Sequence record: PV946933.1
Length of the DNA stretch: 64,000 bases
Direction: 5' to 3' (one strand)
From: a phage
Shown here: positions 18,576-28,799 of the stretch, in pieces
How positions within the stretch are numbered: the stretch's first letter is position 1
How the letters are laid out: the number at the start of each line of letters is the position of its first letter
Notes under the pieces: model-generated
What the model saw: only the letters and a program-made list of their open reading frames with translations
The model's database searches: none
What the model was told of the DNA's origin: nothing
Translations under genes and position numbers: made by a program

Positions 18576-19591
18576 AAATTTTAAATTTAGGTGATTGGCA
18601 TTTAGGCGTTAAAGCTGATGATGAGTGGGTTCAATCAATCCAGTTGGATGGAATTAAACAGGCGATAGAATATTCTAAGAAAAATGGAATTACTACATGG
18701 ATTCAATACGGCGATATTTTTGATGTGCGAAAAGCAATCACGCATAAAACTATGGAGTTCGCCCGTGAAATAGTTCAAATGCTTGATGATGCTGGTATTA
18801 CCCTGCATACTGTTGTAGGAAACCATGATATGCACTTTAAAAATACTTTAACTCCAAATGCTTCTACTGAGCTTTTGGCTAAATATCCTAATGTTAAAGT
18901 ATATGATAAGCCTACTACAGTAGATTTTGACGGGTGCTTAATTGATTTAATTCCTTGGATGTGTGAAGAAAATACCGGTGAAATTCTTGAACATATTAAA
19001 ACTTCATCTGCTTCTTTTTGTGTTGGTCACTGGGAACTGAATGGATTTTATTTTTATAAAGGAATGAAATCTCACGGCCTTGAACCTGATTTCCTTAAGA
19101 CTTATAAAGAAGTGTGGTCTGGTCACTTCCATACTATCTCTGAGGCTGCTAACGTCAGATATATTGGGACACCATGGACACTAACTGCAGGTGACGAGAA
19201 TGACCCTCGTGGGTTTTGGATGTTTGATACAGAAACAGAACGAATGGAATTTATTCCAAACAACACTACCTGGCATCGTCGAATTCAATATCCATTTAAG
19301 GGAAAAATTGACTATAAAGATTTTACAAATCTGTCAGTACGTGTTATAGTAACTGAGGTAGACAAAAATCTAACGAAGTTCGAATCTGAACTAGAAAAAG
19401 TTGTGCATTCATTACGAGTTGTGTCAAAGATTGATAACTCTGTCGAGTCAGATGATAGTGAAGAAGTTGAAGTTCAATCTCTTCAGACATTGATGGAAGA
19501 ATACATTAATGCAATTCCAGACATCACTGATTCTGATCGCGAAGCACTTATTCAATATGCAAATCAGCTATATGTAGAGGCAACACAATGA
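18572..19591 (+). CDS. 47: recombination endonuclease subunit gp47 (Mre11/SbcD-like)
   Basis: 339 aa; phosphoesterase motifs GDWHLG, GNHD; recognised as T4 gp47. Confidence 0.92.
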   Translation: MKILNLGDWHLGVKADDEWVQSIQLDGIKQAIEYSKKNGITTWIQYGDIFDVRKAITHKTMEFAREIVQMLDDAGITLHTVVGNHDMHFKNTLTPNASTELLAKYPNVKVYDKPTTVDFDGCLIDLIPWMCEENTGEILEHIKTSSASFCVGHWELNGFYFYKGMKSHGLEPDFLKTYKEVWSGHFHTISEAANVRYIGTPWTLTAGDENDPRGFWMFDTETERMEFIPNNTTWHRRIQYPFKGKIDYKDFTNLSVRVIVTEVDKNLTKFESELEKVVHSLRVVSKIDNSVESDDSEEVEVQSLQTLMEEYINAIPDITDSDREALIQYANQLYVEATQ

Positions 19592-19851
19592 CTTTTGATG
19601 AATTTAAAAATGATATGATGAGTCAGCATTTTGAATGCGAAGTAAAAGATGATATTGGTCATAAAGAAATTATTGAATACTGGTTTGAACCACTAGAGGT
19701 TGAAGATAATTGTATTAAAAAGGTCACGGTCTGCACTGACTGGGCTGTATCTTTTAACTTCAACATTTTAGATAATGACACACCTAAATCATTACAAGAT
19801 ATGGCTGTATCTTGTATTAAGGATGCATACTGTGAAGTTTTCGACATTTGA
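19588..19851 (+). CDS. hypothetical protein
   Basis: 87-aa ORF coupled to gene 47 stop. Confidence 0.45.
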   Translation: MTFDEFKNDMMSQHFECEVKDDIGHKEIIEYWFEPLEVEDNCIKKVTVCTDWAVSFNFNILDNDTPKSLQDMAVSCIKDAYCEVFDI

Positions 19852-20038
19852 CATTAACGATGAATTCATAGCAAATATTGAATACACCGAAGAAGATTCT
19901 AGATATGTTGGAATAATTTATATCACATCAAAAGCAGCACAAGGTGTTGTTTGCATGGCTGAATTTGATGAATACTTTTTAGATTATGATGATATGATAG
20001 AATGGTCTAAAAGATACGTTAAAAGGAATCTTTTGTGA
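19823..20038 (+). CDS. hypothetical protein
   Basis: 71 aa from ATG 19823; overlaps upstream ORF. Confidence 0.35.
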   Translation: MHTVKFSTFDINDEFIANIEYTEEDSRYVGIIYITSKAAQGVVCMAEFDEYFLDYDDMIEWSKRYVKRNLL

Positions 20039-21717
20039 AGAATTTTAAACTAAACCGAGTTAGGTATCAAAATATAATGTCAGTAGGCGGAAATCCTATT
20101 GACATTCAACTAGATAAGGTTCAAAAAACTCTTATTACTGGACGAAATGGCGGTGGTAAGTCTACTATGTTAGAAGCCATCACATTTGGGCTTTTTGGCA
20201 AGCCATTTCGTGATGTAAAGAAAGGTCAATTAATAAACAGCACAAATAAGAAAGAACTTTTAGTTGAACTGTGGATGGAATATGATGAGAAAAAGTACTA
20301 TATCAAAAGAGGACAAAAACCAAACGTTTTCGAAATCACCGTTAACGGTACACGTCTTAATGAATCTGCCAGCAGTAAAGATTTCCAAGCAGAATTTGAA
20401 CAGCTTATCGGAATGTCATATGCCAGTTTCAAGCAGATTGTTGTCCTTGGTACAGCAGGGTATACCCCTTTCATGGGTTTGTCGACCCCTGCGCGAAGAA
20501 AGCTTGTGGAAGACCTGCTTGAGGTAGGAACATTAGCTGAAATGGATAAGCTTAATAAAGCACTAATACGTGAATTAAATTCACAAAACCAAGTGCTTGA
20601 TGTTAAAAAAGATAGTATTATCCAACAAATTAAAATATATAATGATAACGTTGAACGCCAGAAAAAATTAACTGGTGATAACCTTACTCGTCTGCAGAAT
20701 ATGTATGATGATTTGGCGAAAGAAGCTAGAACGTTAAAATCGGAAATAGAAGAAGCTAATGAAAGATTAGTTAATATTGTTTTGGATGAAGACCCGACTG
20801 ATGCATTTAATAAAATCGGTCAAGAAGCATTTTTAATTAAATCAAAAATTGACTCGTATAATAAAGTCATTAATATGTATCACGAAGGTGGATTATGTCC
20901 AACCTGTTTGTCACAATTAAGTTCCGGTGATAAAGTTGTTTCTAAAATTAAAGATAAAGTTTCTGAATGTACGCATTCATTTGAACAGCTTTCAACGCAT
21001 CGTGATAATTTAAAAGTTCTTGTTGATGAATACCGAGATAATATTAAAACCCAGCAGACGTTGGCGAATGATATTCGCAATAAAAAGCAATCCTTAATCA
21101 CGACGGTAGATAAAGCTAAAAAAGTTAAAGCAGCTATAGAAAAAGCATCATCCGAGTTTATTGACCATGCTGATGAAATAGCACTGCTTCAAGAAGAACT
21201 TGATAAAATTGTTAAGACAAAAACTAATTTAGTAATGGAAAAATACCATAGAGGAATTTTGACTGACATGCTCAAAGATTCTGGTATTAAAGGTGCTATT
21301 ATTAAAAAGTACATTCCATTATTTAATAAGCAGATTAACCATTATCTTAAAATAATGGAAGCGGATTATGTGTTTACATTAGATGAAGAATTTAATGAGA
21401 CAATTAAATCCCGTGGTCGTGAAGATTTTAGTTATGCTTCATTTAGTGAAGGTGAAAAAGCACGAATCGATATTGCTCTTTTATTTACTTGGCGTGATAT
21501 TGCTTCTATCGTATCTGGTGTTAGTATTAGTACATTAATTCTTGATGAAGTGTTTGATGGGTCATTTGATGCCGAAGGTATTAAAGGTGTAGCGAATATT
21601 ATAAATTCAATGAAAAATACTAATGTTTTTATAATTTCGCATAAAGACCATGACCCGCAAGAATATGGTCAGCATCTTCAAATGAAGAAAGTTGGTCGAT
21701 TTACTGTAATGGTTTAA
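20035..21717 (+). CDS. 46: recombination endonuclease subunit gp46 (Rad50/SbcC-like ATPase)
   Basis: 560 aa, GTG start; Walker A GRNGGGKST, central coiled coil with CPTC hook; recognised as T4 gp46. Confidence 0.92.
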   Translation: MKNFKLNRVRYQNIMSVGGNPIDIQLDKVQKTLITGRNGGGKSTMLEAITFGLFGKPFRDVKKGQLINSTNKKELLVELWMEYDEKKYYIKRGQKPNVFEITVNGTRLNESASSKDFQAEFEQLIGMSYASFKQIVVLGTAGYTPFMGLSTPARRKLVEDLLEVGTLAEMDKLNKALIRELNSQNQVLDVKKDSIIQQIKIYNDNVERQKKLTGDNLTRLQNMYDDLAKEARTLKSEIEEANERLVNIVLDEDPTDAFNKIGQEAFLIKSKIDSYNKVINMYHEGGLCPTCLSQLSSGDKVVSKIKDKVSECTHSFEQLSTHRDNLKVLVDEYRDNIKTQQTLANDIRNKKQSLITTVDKAKKVKAAIEKASSEFIDHADEIALLQEELDKIVKTKTNLVMEKYHRGILTDMLKDSGIKGAIIKKYIPLFNKQINHYLKIMEADYVFTLDEEFNETIKSRGREDFSYASFSEGEKARIDIALLFTWRDIASIVSGVSISTLILDEVFDGSFDAEGIKGVANIINSMKNTNVFIISHKDHDPQEYGQHLQMKKVGRFTVMV

Positions 21718-21772
21718 TTTATAAGAGATTATGCTTTAATTTATTAGAGTATAATCTCTATGGAGGAAAAAC

Positions 21773-21961
21773 ATGGAATATTCAACTGGACAGCATCTAT
21801 TAACTATTCCTGAAATAAAACGATATATTCTGAGAAATAATTTTTCTAATGAAGAGCATATAGTTACTGAATCTATGCTTAAGAATGCATTTAAAGCAGA
21901 ATATACGAAAATAATGTCCAACAGAAATGAAGCTTGGACTGTTATTGATTATTATGACTAA
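21773..21961 (+). CDS. hypothetical protein
   Basis: 62-aa ORF with GGAGG upstream. Confidence 0.4.
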   Translation: MEYSTGQHLLTIPEIKRYILRNNFSNEEHIVTESMLKNAFKAEYTKIMSNRNEAWTVIDYYD

Positions 21962-21970
21962 AGGTGTATT

Positions 21971-22360
21971 ATGACTAAAATTACTGTGAATTATACTGTT
22001 GATGTAAAAGATATTCAGCCAAAACACGTGCGTTCTGAATCAAATCCACAAAACCAAAATAAAATTCGTCGAGCATGGGTTTTGTCTCTTTCTGATAATG
22101 CGATGGAAGTTATTCAGAGCAAAATTAAATCTGCACCTGCTCGTCATGCGTATTATGAAGCTATCGATCGTGAAGTGAGTGATAAATGGATTGAACTGAT
22201 GCGCAAACATACGGCAGAATCTCTAAATGCTGGTGCTAAATTTATTATGACTTCATGCGGTGAACGCCTTGAAGATAATTATTGCGGTAATGCAGATGAA
22301 CGTCTAATTGTTGCTGCTCAAATTGTTGCGGAAACAATTGCTGCTGATTTTAATCGTTAA
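21971..22360 (+). CDS. rpbA: RNA polymerase-binding protein RpbA
   Basis: 129 aa in T4 rpbA position between 46 and 45. Confidence 0.8.
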   Translation: MTKITVNYTVDVKDIQPKHVRSESNPQNQNKIRRAWVLSLSDNAMEVIQSKIKSAPARHAYYEAIDREVSDKWIELMRKHTAESLNAGAKFIMTSCGERLEDNYCGNADERLIVAAQIVAETIAADFNR

Positions 22361-22361
22361 T

Positions 22362-22386
22362 TGCTTTATTAAATTAGTTATAAAAT
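22362..22386 (+). promoter_or_regulatory. candidate MotA-dependent middle promoter upstream of gene 45
   Basis: TGCTTTA at 22362-22368 followed by TATAAA-type -10. Confidence 0.35.
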
Positions 22387-22415
22387 TAAATCTCATTTGA
22401 ATTGAAGGAAATTAC

Positions 22416-23102
22416 ATGAAACTGTCTAAAGATACTACTGCTCTGCTCAAAAATTTCGCTACTATTAACTCCGGTATTATGCTTAAATCCGGTCAATTTA
22501 TTATGACTCGCGCGGTTAATGGTACAACTTATGCAGAAGCAAATATTTCTGACACTATTGATTTTGATGTAGCAATTTACGATTTGAACGGTTTTCTCGG
22601 TATTCTGTCTCTAGTTAATGATGATGCAGAAATTTCCCAGTCAGAAGATGGTAATATTAAAATTGCTGATGCCCGTTCAACAATTTTTTGGCCAGCAGCC
22701 GATCCGAGTACAGTAGTTGCTCCTAATAAACCAATTCCATTCCCGGTAGCATCTGTTGTTACTGAAATTAAAGCTGAAGACCTTCAACAGCTGTTGCGTG
22801 TATCTCGTGGTCTGCAGATTGATACAATCGCTATCACAGTAAAAGAAGGTAAAATCGTAATTAACGGTTTTAATAAAGTAGAAGATTCTGCTTTGACCCG
22901 TGTTAAATATTCTTTGACTCTTGGTGATTATGATGGTGAAAATACATTTAATTTCATTATCAATATGGCAAATATGAAAATGCAACCAGGAAATTATAAA
23001 CTTCTGCTCTGGGCAAAAGGTAAACAAGGCGCTGCTAAATTTGAAGGTGAACACGCGAATTATGTAGTAGCTCTTGAAGCTGATTCTACCCACGACTTTT
23101 AA
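22416..23102 (+). CDS. 45: sliding clamp gp45
   Basis: 228 aa; recognised as T4 gp45. Confidence 0.93.
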   Translation: MKLSKDTTALLKNFATINSGIMLKSGQFIMTRAVNGTTYAEANISDTIDFDVAIYDLNGFLGILSLVNDDAEISQSEDGNIKIADARSTIFWPAADPSTVVAPNKPIPFPVASVVTEIKAEDLQQLLRVSRGLQIDTIAITVKEGKIVINGFNKVEDSALTRVKYSLTLGDYDGENTFNFIINMANMKMQPGNYKLLLWAKGKQGAAKFEGEHANYVVALEADSTHDF

Positions 23103-23105
23103 TAG

Positions 23106-23122
23106 AGGGCTTCGGCCCTTTA
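23106..23122 (+). terminator. terminator-like hairpin after gene 45
   Basis: GGGC-TTCG-GCCC then TTT. Confidence 0.5.
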
Positions 23123-23153
23123 TAATTTACACTAAAACTTGAATGAGGAAATT

Positions 23154-24113
23154 ATGATTACTGTAAATGAAAAAGAACACATTCTTGAACAGAAATATCG
23201 TCCATCTACTATCGATGAATGTATTCTTCCCGCCTTTGATAAAGAAACCTTTAAATCTATTACAAGTAAAGGTAAGATTCCACATATTATTCTTCATTCT
23301 CCTTCTCCAGGAACAGGTAAAACAACCGTAGCAAAAGCATTGTGTCATGACGTAAATGCTGATATGATGTTTGTGAATGGGTCAGATTGTAAAATTGATT
23401 TCGTTCGCGGTCCTTTGACCAATTTTGCTAGTGCAGCTTCATTTGATGGTCGTCAAAAAGTAATCGTCATTGATGAATTTGACCGTTCAGGATTAGCAGA
23501 GTCTCAGCGACATCTTCGTTCCTTTATGGAAGCTTATAGTTCAAACTGCAGTATTATTATTACTGCTAACAATATTGATGGTATTATTAAACCGCTTCAG
23601 TCACGCTGCCGAGTTATTACATTCGGTCAACCGACCGATGAAGATAAAATTGAAATGATGAAGCAGATGATTCGTCGATTGACTGAAATCTGTAAGCATG
23701 AAGGAATTGCTATAGCTGATATGAAAGTTGTAGCAGCTTTGGTTAAAAAGAATTTTCCTGATTTTCGTAAAACTATTGGCGAGCTTGATAGTTATTCATC
23801 TAAAGGTGTTTTGGATGCTGGTATTTTATCACTGGTTACTAACGATCGTGGTGCTATTGATGATGTTCTTGAATCTCTCAAAAATAAAGATGTTAAACAG
23901 CTCAGAGCTTTAGCGCCAAAATATGCAGCTGATTATTCGTGGTTCGTAGGTAAACTTGCCGAAGAAATTTATTCACGTGTAACTCCGCAAAGTATTATTC
24001 GTATGTATGAAATTGTTGGTGAAAATAACCAGTATCATGGAATTGCGGCTAATACTGAATTACATTTAGCATATCTTTTCATTCAATTAGCGTGTGAAAT
24101 GCAGTGGAAGTGA
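23154..24113 (+). CDS. 44: clamp loader large subunit gp44
   Basis: 319 aa from MITVNEKEH; Walker [10 protein letters not shown]; track ORF begins at upstream TTG. Confidence 0.93.
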
Positions 24114-24114
24114 T

Positions 24115-24678
24115 ATGAGCTTATTTGAAGATGATATTCAATTAAACGAGCATCAAGTTGCTTGGTATTCAAAAGATTGGACAGCTGTCCAATCTGCTGC
24201 TGATTCTTTTAAAGAAAAAGCTGAAAATGAATTTTTTGAAATAATTGGAGCTATTAATAATAAAACTAAATGCTCTATTGCTCAAAAAGATTATTCAAAA
24301 TACATGGTTGAGAATGCATTATCACAATTTCCGGAGTGCATGCCAGCTGTATATGCTATGAATTTAATTGGATCAGGTTTAAGCGATGAAGCCCATTTTA
24401 ATTATCTGATGGCTGCTGTTCCTCGGGGTAAAAGATATGGTAAATGGGCAAAACTGGTTGAAGATTCTACTGAAGTATTGATTATTAAGTTACTTGCTAA
24501 GCGGTATCAAGTTAATACAAATGATGCAATTAACTATAAATCAATTCTTACTAAAAATGGAAAACTTCCTTTAGTATTAAAAGAACTAAAAGGTTTAGTC
24601 ACGGATGATTTTTTGAAAGAAGTGACTAAGAATGTAAAAGAACAGAAACAACTTAAAAAACTAGCATTGGAATGGTAA
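24115..24678 (+). CDS. 62: clamp loader small subunit gp62
   Basis: 187 aa from MSLFEDD, coupled to gene 44 stop. Confidence 0.9.
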   Translation: MSLFEDDIQLNEHQVAWYSKDWTAVQSAADSFKEKAENEFFEIIGAINNKTKCSIAQKDYSKYMVENALSQFPECMPAVYAMNLIGSGLSDEAHFNYLMAAVPRGKRYGKWAKLVEDSTEVLIIKLLAKRYQVNTNDAINYKSILTKNGKLPLVLKELKGLVTDDFLKEVTKNVKEQKQLKKLALEW

Positions 24679-24679
24679 A

Positions 24680-25048
24680 ATGATTGAAATTACTCTTAAA
24701 AAACCTGAAGATTTTCTGAAAGTTAAAGAAACTTTGACTCGTATGGGAATTGCTAATAATAAAGATAAAGTTCTGTATCAGTCCTGTCATATTCTTCAGA
24801 AAAAAGGACTATACTATATCGTTCATTTTAAAGAAATGCTTCGTATGGATGGTCGTCAAGTTGAAATGACAGAAGAAGATGAAGTTCGTCGTGATTCGAT
24901 TGCATGGCTGTTAGAAGATTGGGGACTGATTGAAATCGCTCCAGGTCAAAGAACTTTTATGAAAGATTTAACTAATAACTTCCGAGTTATTTCTTTTAAG
25001 CAAAAACATGAATGGAAACTCGTTCCCAAATATACGATTGGTAATTAA
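24680..25048 (+). CDS. regA: translational repressor RegA
   Basis: 122 aa; recognised as T4 RegA. Confidence 0.9.
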   Translation: MIEITLKKPEDFLKVKETLTRMGIANNKDKVLYQSCHILQKKGLYYIVHFKEMLRMDGRQVEMTEEDEVRRDSIAWLLEDWGLIEIAPGQRTFMKDLTNNFRVISFKQKHEWKLVPKYTIGN

Positions 25049-25052
25049 GCAA

Positions 25053-25072
25053 GGGGCTTCGGCCCCTTATTT
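25053..25072 (+). terminator. terminator-like hairpin after regA
   Basis: GGGGC-TTCG-GCCCC then TTATTT. Confidence 0.55.
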
Positions 25073-25088
25073 GGAGTATAATATATCA

Positions 25089-25126
25089 AGAGCCTAATAA
25101 CTCGGGCTATAAACTAAGGAATATCT
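25089..25126 (+). promoter_or_regulatory. gene 43 translational operator (hairpin plus SD)
   Basis: AGCC-TAATAACTCG-GGCT hairpin followed by AAGGA and ATG; recalled T4 gp43 autoregulatory operator. Confidence 0.5.
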
Positions 25127-27823
25127 ATGAAAGAATTTTATATCTCTATCGAAACAGTCGGAAATAATATTGTTGAACGTTATATTGATGAAAATGGAAA
25201 GGAACGTACTCGTGAAGTAGAATATCTTCCGACTATGTTTAGGCATTGTAAGGAAGAGTCAAAATACAAAGACATTTATGGTAAAAATTGTGCTCCTCAA
25301 AAATTTCCATCAATGAAAGATGCCCGAGATTGGATGAAACGAATGGAAGACATCGGTCTCGAAGCTCTCGGTATGAACGATTTTAAACTCGCTTATATCA
25401 GTGATACATATGGTTCAGAAATTGTTTATGACCGAAAATTTGTTCGTGTAGCTAACTGTGACATTGAGGTTACTGGTGATAAATTTCCTGACCCAATGAA
25501 AGCAGAATATGAAATTGATGCTATCACCCATTATGATTCAATTGACGACCGTTTTTACGTCTTTGATTTGTTGAATTCAATGTACGGTTCAGTATCAAAA
25601 TGGGATGCAAAGTTAGCTGCTAAGCTTGACTGTGAAGGTGGTGATGAAGTTCCTCAGGAAATTCTTGACCGAGTAATTTATATGCCATTTGATAATGAGC
25701 GTGATATGCTCATGGAATATATTAATCTCTGGGAACAGAAACGACCTGCTATTTTTACTGGTTGGAATATTGAGGGATTTGACGTTCCGTATATCATGAA
25801 TCGTGTTAAAATGGTTCTCGGTGAACGTAGTATGAAACGTTTCTCTCCAATCGGTCGAGTAAAATCTAAACTAATTCAAAATATGTACGGTAGCAAAGAA
25901 ATTTATTCTATTGATGGCGTATCTATTCTTGATTATTTAGATTTATACAAGAAGTTCGCATTTACTAATTTGCCATCGTTCTCTTTGGAATCAGTTGCTC
26001 AACATGAAACCAAAAAAGGTAAATTGCCGTACGATGGTCCTATTAATAAACTTCGTGAGACTAATCATCAACGATACATTAGTTATAACATCATTGACGT
26101 AGAATCAGTTCAAGCAATTGATAAAATTCGTGGGTTTATCGATCTAGTTTTAAGTATGTCTTATTATGCTAAAATGCCTTTTTCTGGCGTAATGAGTCCT
26201 ATTAAAACTTGGGATGCTATTATTTTTAACTCATTGAAAGGTGAACATAAGGTTATTCCTCAACAAGGTTCGCACGTTAAACAAAGTTTTCCAGGTGCAT
26301 TTGTATTTGAACCTAAAGCGATTGCTCGTCGATACATTATGAGTTTTGACTTGACGTCTCTATATCCTAGCATTATTCGTCAGGTTAACATTAGTCCTGA
26401 AACTATTCGTGGTCAGTTTAAAGTTCATCCAATTCATGAATATATCGCAGGAACAGCTCCTAAACCGAGTGATGAATATTCTTGTTCTCCGAATGGATGG
26501 ATGTATGATAAGCATCAAGAAGGTATCATTCCAAAGGAAATCGCTAAAGTATTTTTCCAGCGTAAAGATTGGAAAAAGAAAATGTTCGCCGAAGAAATGA
26601 ATGCCGAAGCTATTAAAAAGATTATTATGAAAGGTGCAGGGTCTTGTTCAACTAAACCAGAAGTTGAACGATATGTTAAGTTCAATGATGATTTCTTAAA
26701 TGAATTATCGAATTACACCGAATCTGTTCTTAATAGTCTGATCGAAGAATGTGAAAAAGCAGCTACACTTGCTAACACAAATCAGCTGAACCGTAAAATT
26801 CTTATTAACAGTCTTTATGGTGCTCTTGGTAACATTCATTTCCGCTATTATGATTTGCGAAATGCTACTGCTATCACAATTTTCGGTCAAGTTGGTATTC
26901 AGTGGATTGCTCGTAAAATTAATGAATATCTGAATAAAGTATGTGGAACTGATGGTGAAGATTTCATCGCAGCAGGTGATACTGATTCGGTATATGTTTG
27001 TGTAGATAAAGTTATTGAAAAAGTAGGTCTTGACCGCTTTAAAGAACAAAATGATTTAGTTGAATTCATGAATCAGTTTGGTAAGAAAAAGATGGAACCT
27101 ATGATTGATGTTGCATATCGTGAGTTATGTGATTATATGAATAACCGCGAGCATCTGATGCATATGGACCGTGAAGCTATTTCTTGCCCTCCACTTGGTT
27201 CAAAGGGTGTTGGTGGATTTTGGAAAGCGAAAAAACGTTATGCTCTAAACGTTTATGATATGGAAGATAAGCGATTTGCTGAACCACATCTAAAAATCAT
27301 GGGTATGGAAACTCAGCAGAGTTCAACACCAAAAGCAGTACAAGAAGCTCTCGAAGAAAGTATTCGTCGTATTCTTCAGGAAGGCGAAGAGTCTGTCCAA
27401 GAATACTACAAGAACTTTGAGAAAGAATATCGTCAACTTGACTATAAAGTTATTGCTGAAGTAAAAACTGCGAACGATATAGCGAAATATGATGATAAAG
27501 GTTGGCCAGGATTTAAATGCCCGTTCCACATTCGTGGGGTGCTAACTTATCGTCGAGCTGTTAGTGGTTTAGGTGTAGCTCCAATTTTGGATGGAAATAA
27601 GGTAATGGTTCTTCCATTACGTGAGGGAAATCCATTTGGTGACAAGTGCATTGCTTGGCCGTCGGGTACGGAACTTCCAAAAGAAATTCGTTCTGATGTA
27701 CTGTCTTGGATTGACTACTCAACTTTGTTCCAAAAATCGTTTGTTAAACCGCTTGCGGGTATGTGTGAATCGGCAGGTATGGACTATGAAGAAAAAGCTT
27801 CGTTAGACTTCCTGTTTGGCTGA
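25127..27823 (+). CDS. 43: DNA polymerase gp43 (family B)
   Basis: 898 aa; exo and pol motifs (YGDTDS); recognised as T4 gp43. Confidence 0.95.
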   Translation: MKEFYISIETVGNNIVERYIDENGKERTREVEYLPTMFRHCKEESKYKDIYGKNCAPQKFPSMKDARDWMKRMEDIGLEALGMNDFKLAYISDTYGSEIVYDRKFVRVANCDIEVTGDKFPDPMKAEYEIDAITHYDSIDDRFYVFDLLNSMYGSVSKWDAKLAAKLDCEGGDEVPQEILDRVIYMPFDNERDMLMEYINLWEQKRPAIFTGWNIEGFDVPYIMNRVKMVLGERSMKRFSPIGRVKSKLIQNMYGSKEIYSIDGVSILDYLDLYKKFAFTNLPSFSLESVAQHETKKGKLPYDGPINKLRETNHQRYISYNIIDVESVQAIDKIRGFIDLVLSMSYYAKMPFSGVMSPIKTWDAIIFNSLKGEHKVIPQQGSHVKQSFPGAFVFEPKAIARRYIMSFDLTSLYPSIIRQVNISPETIRGQFKVHPIHEYIAGTAPKPSDEYSCSPNGWMYDKHQEGIIPKEIAKVFFQRKDWKKKMFAEEMNAEAIKKIIMKGAGSCSTKPEVERYVKFNDDFLNELSNYTESVLNSLIEECEKAATLANTNQLNRKILINSLYGALGNIHFRYYDLRNATAITIFGQVGIQWIARKINEYLNKVCGTDGEDFIAAGDTDSVYVCVDKVIEKVGLDRFKEQNDLVEFMNQFGKKKMEPMIDVAYRELCDYMNNREHLMHMDREAISCPPLGSKGVGGFWKAKKRYALNVYDMEDKRFAEPHLKIMGMETQQSSTPKAVQEALEESIRRILQEGEESVQEYYKNFEKEYRQLDYKVIAEVKTANDIAKYDDKGWPGFKCPFHIRGVLTYRRAVSGLGVAPILDGNKVMVLPLREGNPFGDKCIAWPSGTELPKEIRSDVLSWIDYSTLFQKSFVKPLAGMCESAGMDYEEKASLDFLFG

Positions 27824-27836
27824 TAGAATAAATCTA

Positions 27837-27858
27837 GGGACCTCCAGGTCCCTTTTTC
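27837..27858 (+). terminator. rho-independent terminator after gene 43
   Basis: GGGACC-TCCA-GGTCCC then TTTTT. Confidence 0.65.
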
Positions 27859-27939
27859 ATACAAGTAATATAAATCTATACTTATGAAAAAGAGATGATT
27901 CTGGACCCTTTGGATTCCCTAAAATTTTTTCACAAAACT

Positions 27940-27969
27940 GTTTACATCCCTGTTCTTCCATGGTACTAT
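27940..27969 (+). promoter_or_regulatory. early promoter
   Basis: GTTTAC-N18-TGGTACTAT plus conserved leader. Confidence 0.6.
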
Positions 27970-28006
27970 ACAACTATCAACTACTGATACGGATTTGGAG
28001 AATGAA

Positions 28007-28387
28007 ATGAAAATCGCTATTTTGGTTATTGCATTGGGTCTTACTGGTTGTGTAGCTCAAGGACCGGTAGTAAATCAGTCTGATGTAGGAAAAATTGTAA
28101 ACTGTTCAAGCAAATTTTATAATCCTAATGTCAAGTGTTATAAAGAAGCTCCAAAACAGACAGTAGAACAAATGCAGGCGAATTTTGACGAAGCTATTCG
28201 TCCAGATGAATCTGCACAAGCATATCGTAATTCAGATGTGATTACGCGTGAAGAAAAAATTGAAAACTACTGCGCCATGCTTTGGGCAAATTGGGCTAAT
28301 AATTACCAATGGCGTACAGGTAAAAACGCTCCGATGGAGTATGTAGTGAATTCTTATAATTCATGTGTAAAAAATTTGACTAAGTGA
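28007..28387 (+). CDS. putative lipoprotein
   Basis: 126 aa; signal peptide with lipobox LTGC; flanked by terminator and promoter upstream. Confidence 0.5.
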   Translation: MKIAILVIALGLTGCVAQGPVVNQSDVGKIVNCSSKFYNPNVKCYKEAPKQTVEQMQANFDEAIRPDESAQAYRNSDVITREEKIENYCAMLWANWANNYQWRTGKNAPMEYVVNSYNSCVKNLTK

Positions 28388-28394
28388 GGAAAAC

Positions 28395-28646
28395 ATGGAA
28401 ACTTTAGTAGCAGGTTCAATTTTTATGGTTTTAGTTTCAGGCGTGTTGGCTATTATTATATACATGCTTCCGTGGTTCATCGCCTTGATGCGTGGGTCAA
28501 AATCGACAGTAGGAATCTTTTTCACATCTTTACTGTTTAACTGGTCAATTATCGGTTGGTTTATTACATTTATTTGGTCAATTGCCGGTGAAACTAAAAA
28601 ATCTGCACAGCAAAACCAAGTAATTATCATCAGAGAGAAGGAATGA
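28395..28646 (+). CDS. imm: superinfection immunity membrane protein Imm
   Basis: 83 aa, two TM helices; between 43 and 42 as in T4. Confidence 0.8.
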   Translation: METLVAGSIFMVLVSGVLAIIIYMLPWFIALMRGSKSTVGIFFTSLLFNWSIIGWFITFIWSIAGETKKSAQQNQVIIIREKE

Positions 28647-28792
28647 AAAGCAAAATTATAGCAGTGCTGCTTTTAATCTTGATGATTATAATAAGTATAT
28701 ACTATAGTGTAACGGTTCCTCTTATGATTCCAACGCTTATTATAGGGTGGAGTTTATTACTGTTACAAGTTAAATATGAATGTATCAATTGA
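28643..28792 (+). CDS. small hydrophobic peptide
   Basis: 49-aa ORF, ATG overlaps imm stop. Confidence 0.35.
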   Translation: MKSKIIAVLLLILMIIISIYYSVTVPLMIPTLIIGWSLLLLQVKYECIN

Positions 28793-28799
28793 GGTTTAA

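Noticed and set aside
22677-23093. 138-aa ORF on the - strand inside gene 45
   Set aside because: Lies entirely antisense to the confidently identified sliding-clamp gene; no SD or promoter; the same applies to other antisense track ORFs such as 881-1222, 26705-27049, 47128-47526 and 47773-48213.
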